From NCBI GenBank assembly GCA_041492755.1, contig JBGPXN010000014.1:1-46072 (forward strand): a stretch of 46,072 nt of DNA, written 5' to 3'. The position numbers were made by a program, and so were the translations under genes. Positions 37,094 through 46,072 of this stretch are shown in pieces. The notes under the pieces are model-generated. The model had not been told where the DNA came from and made no database searches. It was given only the letters and a program-made list of their open reading frames with translations. How positions within the stretch are numbered: position 1 is the first letter of the stretch; each line of letters begins with the position of its first letter. The DNA comes from Candidatus Methylomirabilia bacterium. Lineage in GTDB: Bacteria; Methylomirabilota; Methylomirabilia; Rokubacteriales; CSP1-6.

Positions 37094-37790
37094 GTTGCGC
37101 GGCGTGCGCGTCGCCTACGGCAAGCGGCGCGCGCTGGACGACGTCTCACTGACCGTGGCCGCCGGGGAAATCGTGACGCTGCTCGGCGCCAACGGCAGCG
37201 GGAAGAGCACGGTGCTCCGCGCGGTGTCCGGGCTGATCCGCCCCACGCATGGACAGATCCTCTACCAGGGACGCGACGTCGCGGCGGTGACGCCGGACGC
37301 GCTCGTGGCCGGTGGGCTGTGCCACGTCCCGGAAGGACGGGAGATCTTCACCGAGTTTTCCGTTCTGGAGAACCTTCTCGTCGGCGCGCATACGGCGCCC
37401 GCCGCCGAGGCGCCGGGACGGATGGAGCGTGCGTTCACGCTGTTTCCGATCCTGCGCGCCCGGCAGCGCCAGCCGGCCGGCACGCTGTCCGGCGGCGAGC
37501 AGCAGATGCTCGCCATCGCCCGCGCGCTCATGGCGAACCCGAGCCTGCTCCTGCTCGATGAGCCGTCACTGGGGCTGGCGCCCCGATTGAGCCGTGAGAT
37601 CTTTCACGTGGTACGCGAGATCAATCGAAGTGGAGTCAGCGTGTTGCTGGTCGAGCAGAACGCGCGCCAGGCCCTGCGCCTCGCCGCGCGCGCGTACGTG
37701 CTGGAGACCGGCCGGATCGTGATCGCGGGGGATAGCCTGGAGCTGGCCGCCGATCCGCGCATCCGTGCGGCGTATCTGGGTATGAGCTAG
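37074..37790 (+). CDS. ABC ATPase (LivF-like)
   Basis: GANGSGKS, VPEGR, LSGGEQQM, DEPSLGLAP and VEQNA. Confidence 0.93.
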   Translation: MTAPVLELRGVRVAYGKRRALDDVSLTVAAGEIVTLLGANGSGKSTVLRAVSGLIRPTHGQILYQGRDVAAVTPDALVAGGLCHVPEGREIFTEFSVLENLLVGAHTAPAAEAPGRMERAFTLFPILRARQRQPAGTLSGGEQQMLAIARALMANPSLLLLDEPSLGLAPRLSREIFHVVREINRSGVSVLLVEQNARQALRLAARAYVLETGRIVIAGDSLELAADPRIRAAYLGMS

Positions 37791-37800
37791 ATTTGTGACG

Positions 37801-39072
37801 ATGTTCCAGCCGGAGCTCGAAGCGATGCCGCGCCCGGCCCTGATGCGCCTGACCCTCGAGCGCATGCGGGCGACGCTCGCGCGACTGCATGCGCATCCGG
37901 GCTGGGCGCGGCGCCTCGAGGGTGCCACCGCGGGCGATCTCGCGCGGGTCGAGGACTGGAGCGGGCTGCCGTTTCTCACGAAGGCGGCGCTGCGCGACGC
38001 GTACCCGTTCGCGCTCGCCGGCGGCCACGAGCGCGGCTGGGTGCGCGTGCACATGTCGAGCGGGACCACCGGAAATCCGATCCTCAATCCCTACACCGCC
38101 GGCGACGTGGCCCAGTGGGCCGACGTGATGGCCCGCTGCTACGTGGCCGCGGGGGTCGGGCCCGAGGACGTCATCCAGATCACGCCGTCGTTCGGGCTCT
38201 TCACCGGCGGCTTCGGCTTCCACTACGGCGCCGAGCGGCTGGGCGCGATGGTCGTTCCCATCGGCGCCGGCCGCACGCTGCTGCAGCTCAAGCTGATGCG
38301 CGATCTGAAGACGACGGTGGTCGCCGCCATCGCGACCTATCCGCTGCGCGTGATCGAAGTCGCGCGCGAAGAGCGCTTCGATCTCGGCGCGCTCGCGCTC
38401 CGTGTCGGCATCTTCGGCTCCGAGATGTGGTCGGACGAGCTGCGCGCGCGGATCGAGCGAGAGCTGGCGATCCGTGCCTTCGACATCATCGGCATGACGG
38501 AGACGGGTGGCCCCGGCCTCGGCATCGACTGCGAGGCGCGCGCGGGGATCCACGTGTGGGAGGACCACTACTACGTCGAGATCGTCGATCCGGCCACCGG
38601 CGCCCTCCGTCCCGACGGCGAGGAGGGCGAGCTCGTGATCTCGACCCTCACGCGCGAAGGCCTGCCGCTCGTGCGCTATCGCACTCACGATCTCACCCGG
38701 GTGGTCTCGCGCGAGCCGTGCGCGTGCGGCCGCACCGCGCTGCGCATCGATCGGCTGCGCGGGCGCACCGACGACATGGTCATCTTCAAGGGCGTGAACT
38801 TCTACCCGCGCCAGGTCGAGGCGATCGTGTTGGCCCAGGCCGGACTGGGCCACGAGTATCAGATCGTCCTCGACACCGATGGGGGCGGCGACCGCATGAC
38901 GGTGATGATGGAAGCCGACGTCGGCGGCGCCCCGGCGGCGGCCAACCGGGTGGGGCGCGAGCTGCACGACCTCCTCGGGTTGAGTCCCGAGATCCGCCTC
39001 TGCCGGCTCGGCGAGATCGAGCGATCACCAGGCAAGGCCGTGCGCGTGGTGGATCGGCGTCGCTCGCGATGA
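37801..39072 (+). CDS. Phenylacetate-CoA ligase (PaaK)-like AMP-forming aryl-acetate CoA ligase
   Basis: SSGTTG, GLFTGGFG.HYG, GMTE, RYRTHD, GRTDDM..KGVN and GKA.RV.D. Confidence 0.9.
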   Translation: MFQPELEAMPRPALMRLTLERMRATLARLHAHPGWARRLEGATAGDLARVEDWSGLPFLTKAALRDAYPFALAGGHERGWVRVHMSSGTTGNPILNPYTAGDVAQWADVMARCYVAAGVGPEDVIQITPSFGLFTGGFGFHYGAERLGAMVVPIGAGRTLLQLKLMRDLKTTVVAAIATYPLRVIEVAREERFDLGALALRVGIFGSEMWSDELRARIERELAIRAFDIIGMTETGGPGLGIDCEARAGIHVWEDHYYVEIVDPATGALRPDGEEGELVISTLTREGLPLVRYRTHDLTRVVSREPCACGRTALRIDRLRGRTDDMVIFKGVNFYPRQVEAIVLAQAGLGHEYQIVLDTDGGGDRMTVMMEADVGGAPAAANRVGRELHDLLGLSPEIRLCRLGEIERSPGKAVRVVDRRRSR

Positions 39073-41105
39073 GGAGCCTCGACGCGCTGTTCGCCCCGCG
39101 ATCCGTCGCGGTGCTCGGCGTGTCCCGTCAGCCCACCAAGCTCGGCTACCGGCTGCTGGAAAACGTCAAGGCCGCGGGATTCGGGGGAACGATCCACGCC
39201 GTGAATCCGTCGGGGGAGGCGATTCTCGGCTGTCCCACCGTGCCGGCGGTGGAGGCCTTGCCCGAAGACATCGATCTCGCGCTGATCAGTCTTCCCGCGG
39301 CCGCGGTGCCGGCGGCGATCACCTCGCTCGCGAAACGGCGCGCGCGCGTCGCCGTGGTGCTGTCCTCGGGCTTCGGCGAGGTCGACGCCGGCGGCCGGGA
39401 GACCGAAGCCGATCTGCTCGCCACCGCGCGGGCGGCCGGGCTGCGGCTGGTCGGGCCGAACTGCATGGGCGTGTACTCCGCGCCGGTCAGCCTCAACGGC
39501 ACCTACTTCTGGGATCTGCCACGCGTGGACGGCGGCATCGCCGTCATCTCCCAGAGCGGCGCGTATGGCGGGTTGATCTTCCGCCACCTCGGCGGCCGCG
39601 GCCTCGGCGTCGCGCGCTTCCTGTCCATCGGCAACCAGGTGGACGTCGACGTGGCCGAAGTTGTGGAGTATCTGGCCGACGATCCCGCCACGACGCTCGT
39701 CGCCTGCTTCGTGGAGGCGCTGCGCGACGGACGGCGATTCGTGGCCGCGACGGAGCGCGCGGCGCAGACCAAGCCGGTGGTGGTGCTCAAGGGGGGGCGC
39801 TCCGACGCCGGCCGGCGGGCGGCCGGCTCGCACACGGGCTCGCTGGCCGGCTCGTACGAGGTCTATCGCGCGGCGCTCCGCCACGCGGGCGCCGTGCTCA
39901 CCGAGGAGACGGAGGAGTTCTTCGACGCGATCGAGGCGCTCGCGACGACGGACCGCCGGCCCCTGGCGCCCCGAGTCGCGGTCATCACGGTCTCGGGCGG
40001 CCCGTCGGTCGTCGCGGCCGACACCGCCGAGCGCAGCGGCCTGCACGTCCCGCCGCTCCCCGAGGAGGCACGCGCCGCGCTCAGGTTGCTGCTGCCGCCG
40101 TTCGCCGCCCTCAGCAACCCCGTGGACCTCACGCCCCAGGTCGATCCCGCGCGTATCGACGCCGCGGTGCGGCTCGTGTGTGAGCGAGGGGAGATCGCCG
40201 GCGCGATCGCGATCAACGTCGGGCTCGACATCCCGGAGTTCGGCGCGGCGCTCGTCGCCGCGGGCGCCGCCACCGGCAAGCCCGTCGTCGCGTTCACGGC
40301 CGACGCGCCGGGGATCACCGAGCGGTTGCGCGCGGGCGGGGTGCCGGTCTTGCCGAGCCCCGAGCGCGCCGTGCGCGCGTGGCGCGCGCTCTGGCAGGCG
40401 CGGCCGCGGCGGCACCATCGCGCACCGAGCCGACGCGACCTGCCTCCGGACGTCGCGCAAGCGCTCGCGATGACGTCGGGACCGCTGCCGTACGCGCTGG
40501 CGCGCCACACACTCGAAGCGTACGGCGTGCGCTTCTGTCCGGAGGCGGTGGTGGCGACCGCCGACGCCGCGGTCGGTGCGGCGGACGGCTTTGGCTACCC
40601 GGTGGTCGTGAAGGCCGACGCGGCCGGGCTCGTGCACAAGACGGACGCGGGCGGCGTGCGGCTCGATCTCGGCGATGCCGGCGCGGTGAGGCGCGCGTGC
40701 GCGAATCTCGCCGCGCGGTTCGGCAAGGTGCGCTTCGTCGTGCAGCCGCGCGTCGGTCCCGGCGTCGAGCTGCTGTTCGGGGCGCGCCGGGACGAGGTCT
40801 TCGGCCCCGTCGTGCTCGCCGGCGTGGGTGGAGTGCTCGCCGAGGTGCTCCAGGACTTCTCGCTCGCGCTGGCACCGCTCGATCCCGAGGACGCGGCGGT
40901 CATGCTCCGCGAGGGCGTGCGCGCGCGACTGCTCGCCGGGCCGCGCGGGTTGCCCGCGTGCGACGAGGCGCCGCTCGTCGACCTGCTCCTCGCCCTGTCG
41001 GATGCGATGCTGTCGGAGCCGCGGATCTCCGAGATCGACCTCAACCCGGTGATCGCCTTCGGCTCCCACGCCGTCGCGGTCGACGCCGTCGTCATCGCGG
41101 GCTAG
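39069..41105 (+). CDS. ADP-forming acyl-CoA synthetase (acetate-CoA ligase family, fused alpha-beta)
   Basis: GPNCMG, SQSG, SIGN, SHTGSLAG, NPVDL, HKTD.GGV and EIDLNP. Confidence 0.9.
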   Translation: MRSLDALFAPRSVAVLGVSRQPTKLGYRLLENVKAAGFGGTIHAVNPSGEAILGCPTVPAVEALPEDIDLALISLPAAAVPAAITSLAKRRARVAVVLSSGFGEVDAGGRETEADLLATARAAGLRLVGPNCMGVYSAPVSLNGTYFWDLPRVDGGIAVISQSGAYGGLIFRHLGGRGLGVARFLSIGNQVDVDVAEVVEYLADDPATTLVACFVEALRDGRRFVAATERAAQTKPVVVLKGGRSDAGRRAAGSHTGSLAGSYEVYRAALRHAGAVLTEETEEFFDAIEALATTDRRPLAPRVAVITVSGGPSVVAADTAERSGLHVPPLPEEARAALRLLLPPFAALSNPVDLTPQVDPARIDAAVRLVCERGEIAGAIAINVGLDIPEFGAALVAAGAATGKPVVAFTADAPGITERLRAGGVPVLPSPERAVRAWRALWQARPRRHHRAPSRRDLPPDVAQALAMTSGPLPYALARHTLEAYGVRFCPEAVVATADAAVGAADGFGYPVVVKADAAGLVHKTDAGGVRLDLGDAGAVRRACANLAARFGKVRFVVQPRVGPGVELLFGARRDEVFGPVVLAGVGGVLAEVLQDFSLALAPLDPEDAAVMLREGVRARLLAGPRGLPACDEAPLVDLLLALSDAMLSEPRISEIDLNPVIAFGSHAVAVDAVVIAG

Positions 41106-41128
41106 CCGCGGCGCGCGTCACCGCGACC

Positions 41129-42418
41129 TCACCAGCAACGCAGCGAATCTCGCAGGATCTGCTCGAGCTCCATCGCGCCCACCGTCCGCGGGGCGCCGGA
41201 CAGCAGGCGCGGCTGCCTCAGCGTGCCGGCGACGAGCGCGGCAATGTCGCGCTCGCCGTAGCCGATCGCGGTGATTCCGTTGGGCACGCCCACGTCGCGC
41301 ATGAGGGCGGTCAGCGCGCCCGGCAGCGCGTCGCGTCGCTCGCTCTCCGACAGGTCTGCGATCGGCACGCCCAGCAGCTCCGCGGCACGCAGATGGCGGG
41401 CCGGCGACGTCGGGTACGTGAAGCGAAACGTGGCCGGGGCGGTCACGATCACCGACATGCCGTGCGGAACGAGCGGCTGCGTCGTGCGATAGCCGCTCGG
41501 CACGTAGTCGCGCACGAGGCCGGCGATCGGATAGGCCACCGCGTGGGGGATGTGGACGCCGGCGTTGCCGAAGCCGATGCCGGCGTAGTTGGCGGCGAGG
41601 GCGAGGTGGATCCGGGCCTCGAGGTCGAGGGGATTGAGGACGGCGCGACGCAGATAGGTGCCGACGTACTCGATGGCCTTCTCGCACCAGATGTCGCTGG
41701 CGGGGTTGGCGCCGATGTACGCCGGGCGATCGGGCGGATGGTGCTTGGGGCGCGCGTGGTACGGGCGCGTCGTATAGGACTCGATGGCGTGGGTGAGGAT
41801 GTCCGCCCCGGCGGCCGCGGTGACCTCGGGCGGCGCGGTGAGCGTGTTGAGCGGATCGACGATGCCGAGGGTGGGTCGCAGCAGGCGGTGCGACACGCCG
41901 GCCTTCACGTGCTGGTCGAGGACATGGGTGACCGCCACCGCCGTGGTCTCGCTGCCCGTGCCCGCCGTGGTCGGGACGGCGATCATCGGCTTGAGTGGCC
42001 CGGGCACCGGGCAGCCGCGACCGACGGGCTGGTTGATGTAGTCGAGCAGCGGTGCCGGATGGGTCGTCAGGAGGTTGACGGCCTTGCAGGTGTCGAGGCT
42101 GCTGCCTCCGCCGACCCCGATGAGCCCATCGAAGTCGCGCTGGCGCGCGTATTCCGCCGCCTCCTCCATCGAGCGGTCGGTCGGCTCGACCTCGACGCCG
42201 TCGTAGACGTCGGCCTTCACCCCCTCCTCGTTGAGCAGCCCGCGAATCTTCTCGACGATGCCCAGCTCGGCAATGTGCCGATCGGTGACGATCAGCACGC
42301 GCTTGAGACCGAGCCGGCGGGCGTCGTAGGCGATCTCGTCGGTGGCGCCGAGCCCGAACTTGATCGGCGACATCTCCATCACGAACACGGTCTCGGTCGG
42401 TAGGGTCACACCCTTCAT
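41129..42418 (-). CDS. Hydroxyacid-oxoacid transhydrogenase (Fe-containing ADH family)
   Basis: VEPTD, GGGSSLD, PTTAGTGSETT, HAIESYT, RPAYIGANP, GNAGVH..H and VPHG. Confidence 0.9.
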   Translation of the reverse strand: MKGVTLPTETVFVMEMSPIKFGLGATDEIAYDARRLGLKRVLIVTDRHIAELGIVEKIRGLLNEEGVKADVYDGVEVEPTDRSMEEAAEYARQRDFDGLIGVGGGSSLDTCKAVNLLTTHPAPLLDYINQPVGRGCPVPGPLKPMIAVPTTAGTGSETTAVAVTHVLDQHVKAGVSHRLLRPTLGIVDPLNTLTAPPEVTAAAGADILTHAIESYTTRPYHARPKHHPPDRPAYIGANPASDIWCEKAIEYVGTYLRRAVLNPLDLEARIHLALAANYAGIGFGNAGVHIPHAVAYPIAGLVRDYVPSGYRTTQPLVPHGMSVIVTAPATFRFTYPTSPARHLRAAELLGVPIADLSESERRDALPGALTALMRDVGVPNGITAIGYGERDIAALVAGTLRQPRLLSGAPRTVGAMELEQILRDSLRCW

Positions 42419-42454
42419 GCAATCTCCTCCCGGTCGTACGGGCCTGGGACCCGG

Positions 42455-42501
42455 ATTATAGCCGCGCCGGCCACGCCGGAGGCGGCCCCGCGTTATAGAC
42501 T
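42455..42501. promoter_or_regulatory. Divergent promoter region with back-to-back -10-like hexamers
   Basis: TATAAT on the minus strand (42455-42460) and TAGACT on the plus strand (42496-42501) in a GC-rich spacer between divergent genes. Confidence 0.5.
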
Positions 42502-42539
42502 ATGGCCGCTCGATCGATTTTCGGATGCCGGAGCGCACC

Positions 42540-43688
42540 ATGAACGACCTCTACTACCTGACCGACGAGCAGCGGATGATTCGCGACCTCACCCGCAAGG
42601 TGGCGCGGGAGAAGATCGCCCCGGTGGCCGCGCTCCACGACGAGGAGGAGAGCTACCCCGCGGACGTCATGCGGCTGCTCGCCGACCAGGGGCTCATGGG
42701 CATCTGGGTCCCCGAGGAGTACGGCGGCACCCACATGGGCGCGATGGCGGTCGCGCTCGTGGCCGAGGAGCTCGCGTGGGCGTGCGCGGCCACCGCCACC
42801 AACTGGGGCGCGACCCCCCTCGGCGGGTATCCGATCCTCCTTTCGGGCAACGCTGAGCAGAAGCAGCGGTACCTGCCACGACTCGCGCGCGGCGAGATCC
42901 TCGCCGCCTACTCGCTGTCCGAGCCCGGCGCCGGATCCGACGCGGCGAGCTTGCAGACGCGCGCCGTGCGCAAGGGCGATCGCTACGTTCTGAACGGCAC
43001 CAAGCTCTGGTGCTCGAACGGCTCCAACGCCGGCGTCATCACGCTCTTCGCCACCGTGGATCCGGCCAAGGGCCCGAAGGGTATCACCGCGTTTCTGATC
43101 GAGCCCGGCTTCAAGGGCTTCGCGGTGGGCAAGAAGGAAAGGAAAATGGGCATCCGCGCCTCGCCCACCGTCGCGCTCCATCTCGAGGACTGCGAGGTCC
43201 CCGTGGAGAACCGGCTGGGCGCGGAAGGCGAGGGCTTCAAGATCGCGCTCGGGACGCTCGACTACACGCGGCCGATGACGGGCGCCACCGCGGTCGGGGT
43301 GGCCCAGGCCGCGCTCGACGCCGCCGTCGGCTACGCGAAGGAGCGGCACCAGTTCAATCAGCCGATCGCCGCGTTCCAGGGCGTGCAGTTCATGCTGGCC
43401 GACATGGCCATGCACGTCCACGCCGCGCGACTCATGGTCCACCACGTCGCCGCCCTCGTGGACCGCGGCACCGCGCACACGGTGCTGGAGGCGTCGATGG
43501 CCAAGTGCTTCGCCGGCGACGCGGCGATGAAAGTGGCCACCGACGCCGTGCAGGTGTTCGGCGGCGTGGGCTACACGCGCGAGTTTCCGGTCGAGCGCTT
43601 CATGCGCGACGCCAAGATCATGCAGATCTACGAGGGCACCAACCAGATCCAGCGCATGATCATCGCGCGGGAATTGCTGGGGGCGTGA
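42540..43688 (+). CDS. Short-chain acyl-CoA dehydrogenase
   Basis: [35 protein letters not shown] and canonical [10 protein letters not shown]. Confidence 0.95.
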   Translation: MNDLYYLTDEQRMIRDLTRKVAREKIAPVAALHDEEESYPADVMRLLADQGLMGIWVPEEYGGTHMGAMAVALVAEELAWACAATATNWGATPLGGYPILLSGNAEQKQRYLPRLARGEILAAYSLSEPGAGSDAASLQTRAVRKGDRYVLNGTKLWCSNGSNAGVITLFATVDPAKGPKGITAFLIEPGFKGFAVGKKERKMGIRASPTVALHLEDCEVPVENRLGAEGEGFKIALGTLDYTRPMTGATAVGVAQAALDAAVGYAKERHQFNQPIAAFQGVQFMLADMAMHVHAARLMVHHVAALVDRGTAHTVLEASMAKCFAGDAAMKVATDAVQVFGGVGYTREFPVERFMRDAKIMQIYEGTNQIQRMIIARELLGA

Positions 43689-43707
43689 CCGGCCGGAGGC
43701 TCCGGCC

Positions 43708-43850
43708 GTGAGCGTCGCCCTCGCGCTCCGCGACGCGAGCTTCCATCTTCGCGACCTCCGCCTGCGGTTGCCCTTCCCCTTCGGCGTCGTCACGCTGACC
43801 GAGGTCTTGCTGCTCCACGTCGCTATCGACGTGGAGGCCCCGCGAAGCGC
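43708..43850 (+). pseudogene. Truncated 5' fragment of a gene, possibly enolase/racemase-superfamily-like
   Basis: SD GGAGG, then LRLRLPFPFGVVTLTE..LHVAIDVE. The frame afterwards becomes antisense to other fragments. Confidence 0.4.
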
Positions 43851-44033
43851 TCGCGGCCGGCTACGGAGCTTCGTACCGCATCAGCATCGCGTGCTCGGCA
43901 TGATCGTGGCGGTGCCGCTGGCCACCGTGCCCCAGTGCGCCTGCTGCTGGAGCACCGCCGCCTCCGCGCGCGCCACGGCCTGCGCGGCCAGTCGCGCCAC
44001 CTGGTCGTCTGAGCCGGGCAGCGGCGGCGGCGA

Positions 44034-44235
44034 TCAGGAGCGCGGCGCCCGCGCCGCCTCGGCCGGGGTGAGCACCCACACGGGGGCGCCCTCCTGCAGG
44101 CCGTCGGGCGGCGCGGCGATCAGCCGGTCCTGCTCGCTCAGCCCGTCGACGATCTCGACGCTGCCGCCGAAGTCGCGGCCGAGCTGCACGGCCTGGAACC
44201 GCGCGCGGCCGTCGGCGCCGACCGTGGCGAGGGCC
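44034..44235 (-). pseudogene. C-terminal remnant of an RND efflux periplasmic adaptor (MFP)
   Basis: Minus-strand frame LATVGADGRARFQAVQLGRDFGGSVEIVDGLSEQDRLIAAPPDGLQEGAPV...* has no 5' part. Confidence 0.7.
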
Positions 44236-44594
44236 GCGAGGACTGTTCGTCACGTCGATGGCGTGGTAGCTTTCCAGCCATGCCCACCGCCAAGGTGCCC
44301 TGCGACGAGATCGGAAAGAAGCATCAGTGGAGGGAGAGGGACGAGCGGGGCTCGGCCTACTCCACTCACTCAGTCGGTCGGTCGCGCCTCCAGAAGCGTG
44401 TGGGGGTGCCCTACATTGCGCTCATAGGGGCCGGCCGCAGCGATGAATCGCGAGCACTCGCAGAATTTAAATCCCCGGATACACGTTGTTGAGTCAACGC
44501 TCTCTAAATGCGTAATTCGGGACAGCTAGCGCGTGGCGGACTGGAAACACGGGTTCAGGCCATGAGCTCGAAGCGAAACTATGCGCCGTCCTCA

Positions 44595-45887
44595 TTACTC
44601 GATCGCGGTGTAGACCACTGACCGCATCCTCCGCCAGAAGTATGCGTTGGCGGGCAGATTCGGGCGTTGCATCATCCAGATCGCAATCAGCCGCTCCTTA
44701 GAGTCAACGAAGAACGTCGTTCCATACACCCCGTTCCAACCATAGTCTCCAACCGACCCTAGACTGGCCGCCTCGCCCGCCGCAATGCGCACTTGAACGC
44801 CGAGCCCGAACCCGTAGCCGGGTCCGGGGAAATACCGCGGACCGCGCGCGATCGACGACCCGAGTTGGTGGGAGGTCATCAGTTCGACTGTCTTGCGCGA
44901 AAGAATGCGCACGCCGTCGAGTTCACCACCGTTGAGCAACATCTGGGTAAAGCGCAGGTAATCCGGCGCGGTGGAAACCATGCCGCCGCCGCCGGAGAGA
45001 AAGCGGGGTTGCTTGCGCACGTCCGGAACGCGCGCTGGCACCTTGGTGTCCGGATCCAATTCGAACGGTTCGGCGATGCGGCTATGCTGCGCCGTATCGA
45101 CCCAGAATCCCGTGTCTTTCATGCGCAAGGGCTTTGTGACCCGCTCAGCAAGGAAGATGTCCAGCGTTTGTCCCGAGACACGCTCGACCAACGCGCCGAG
45201 CACGTCGGTGGACATTGAGTAGTCCCAGGTCGTGCCAGGTTGGAATGCAAGAGGCAGCTTCGATAGCTTCGTCACAAGCTCGGCGTTGGATTGTGCCGGA
45301 TTGAATAACCCCGCCTTGTTGTACTCGTCCTTGACGAGCGATTTGCCAAAGATGCCGTAAGTCAGGCCCGAGGTATGGCGCAGGAGGTCCTGCACTGTCA
45401 TCTCGCGTTGCGCCGGCACGAGCTCGAGCGATGCTTTGCCCGATGCATCCTGCTTCTCGACGCCCACCTGCAGCCCCTTGAGTTCCGGCAAGTGCCTCGA
45501 GACCGAGTCGGCGAGCTGAATCCGGCCGTCCTCGACGAGCGTCAATGCGCCGACAGTGACCAGCGGCTTGGTCATGGATGCGATGCGGAAGATCGAATCC
45601 ATCTGCATGGGCGTGCCCGTCTTGGGGTCTTGCACACCGATCGCGTCGGAATAAGCCACCTTGCCGTTGCGCGCTACGAGCATCACCACGCCGGGGAACT
45701 GCCCCTTCTGCACATCAGCGGCGGTCAGCGCCGAGAGTTGCTTGAGGCGTGCGGTGGAGACAGCGTATGTGCGGGCGTCGTTATGGCTCTGAAGCGGAGC
45801 ACATCCGAAGAGAATGGTGATGGCCAGCAGCGCCGGCGCGAATCGCTTGAGCGATCGCGCAGCCAGATATATACGGGTTCTCTGCAT
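44595..45887 (-). CDS. Serine hydrolase, beta-lactamase class C/esterase family VIII-like lipoprotein
   Basis: FRIASMTK (SxxK), LLRHTSG, YSMS, GGGG and WNG. Lipobox LFGC. SD GGAG before ATG at 45887. Confidence 0.9.
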   Translation of the reverse strand: MQRTRIYLAARSLKRFAPALLAITILFGCAPLQSHNDARTYAVSTARLKQLSALTAADVQKGQFPGVVMLVARNGKVAYSDAIGVQDPKTGTPMQMDSIFRIASMTKPLVTVGALTLVEDGRIQLADSVSRHLPELKGLQVGVEKQDASGKASLELVPAQREMTVQDLLRHTSGLTYGIFGKSLVKDEYNKAGLFNPAQSNAELVTKLSKLPLAFQPGTTWDYSMSTDVLGALVERVSGQTLDIFLAERVTKPLRMKDTGFWVDTAQHSRIAEPFELDPDTKVPARVPDVRKQPRFLSGGGGMVSTAPDYLRFTQMLLNGGELDGVRILSRKTVELMTSHQLGSSIARGPRYFPGPGYGFGLGVQVRIAAGEAASLGSVGDYGWNGVYGTTFFVDSKERLIAIWMMQRPNLPANAYFWRRMRSVVYTAIE

Positions 45888-46072
45888 GGTCTTTCTCCGC
45901 ATGGAGAGCTAGAGCGTGCAAGGTCAGCAGTCTAGCTAGCCCGCGTAAGCAGTCGGCGTAGGAGCTAGCGGACGCCGCTAGAGGCGCCGGCGAGCTGTCC
46001 AGGGAACCTGAACGGGAGGCCTCCTCTACTCCCCTGGGTACCGGGCGGTTGGATCGCAAAGTTCGGGGAAGA

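Noticed and set aside
32783..41105. Apparent fusion-length ORFs 32783..34222, 32959..35148, 34266..36311, 35984..37093 and 38115..41105
   Set aside because: The N-terminal extensions are out-of-frame overlaps with the upstream gene. The real starts are at 33347, 34222, 35145, about 36314 and 39069.
44595..45887. Antibiotic-resistance beta-lactamase
   Set aside because: YSM replaces YxN and WNG replaces KTG, which fits esterase family VIII-like serine hydrolases better. Resistance cannot be claimed.
45905..46072. Clustered CTAG sites and a small hairpin (CTAGCGG-ACG-CCGCTAG) as an IS end or ncRNA
   Set aside because: The stem is short, and no transposase, partner repeat or recognisable RNA family is visible in the window.
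1..46072. CRISPR arrays, tRNA/rRNA genes and defence systems
   Set aside because: No regularly spaced repeats, RNA gene signatures or defence-type domains were recognised by eye.

Overview
High-GC bacterial chromosomal segment from a probable diderm (outer-membrane barrel gene). Gene content resembles Candidatus Rokubacteria/Methylomirabilota, which is inference only. The left part (1-17.3 kb) mixes housekeeping, signalling and envelope genes: PaaI thioesterase, SLT lytic transglycosylase, a membrane class III nucleotide cyclase with a periplasmic CxxCH heme-c motif and a GTP-type specificity Glu, a sigma54 two-component pair, DUF72, a D-cysteine-desulfhydrase-like protein lacking its PLP lysine, HAD hydrolase plus a decayed copy, apt, 3-hydroxybutyryl-CoA dehydrogenase, GT2 and an OM barrel. 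The centre (17.4-41.1 kb) is a co-directional catabolic cluster of about 20 genes headed by a GntR regulator. It encodes hydantoinase/oxoprolinase A+B, acyl-CoA dehydrogenase, thiolase+DUF35, 3-hydroxyacyl-CoA dehydrogenase, a divergent split B12 acyl-CoA mutase, an orphan xanthine-oxidase-family Mo subunit, class III CoA transferase, opine dehydrogenase, a Liv-type ABC transporter and two CoA ligases. This inventory parallels the anaerobic indoleacetate (iaa) pathway but with extra and missing modules. The right end holds hydroxyacid-oxoacid transhydrogenase, a second acyl-CoA dehydrogenase, a scar of gene fragments and a lower-GC serine hydrolase lipoprotein gene. No rRNA, tRNA, CRISPR array or intact mobile element was seen.
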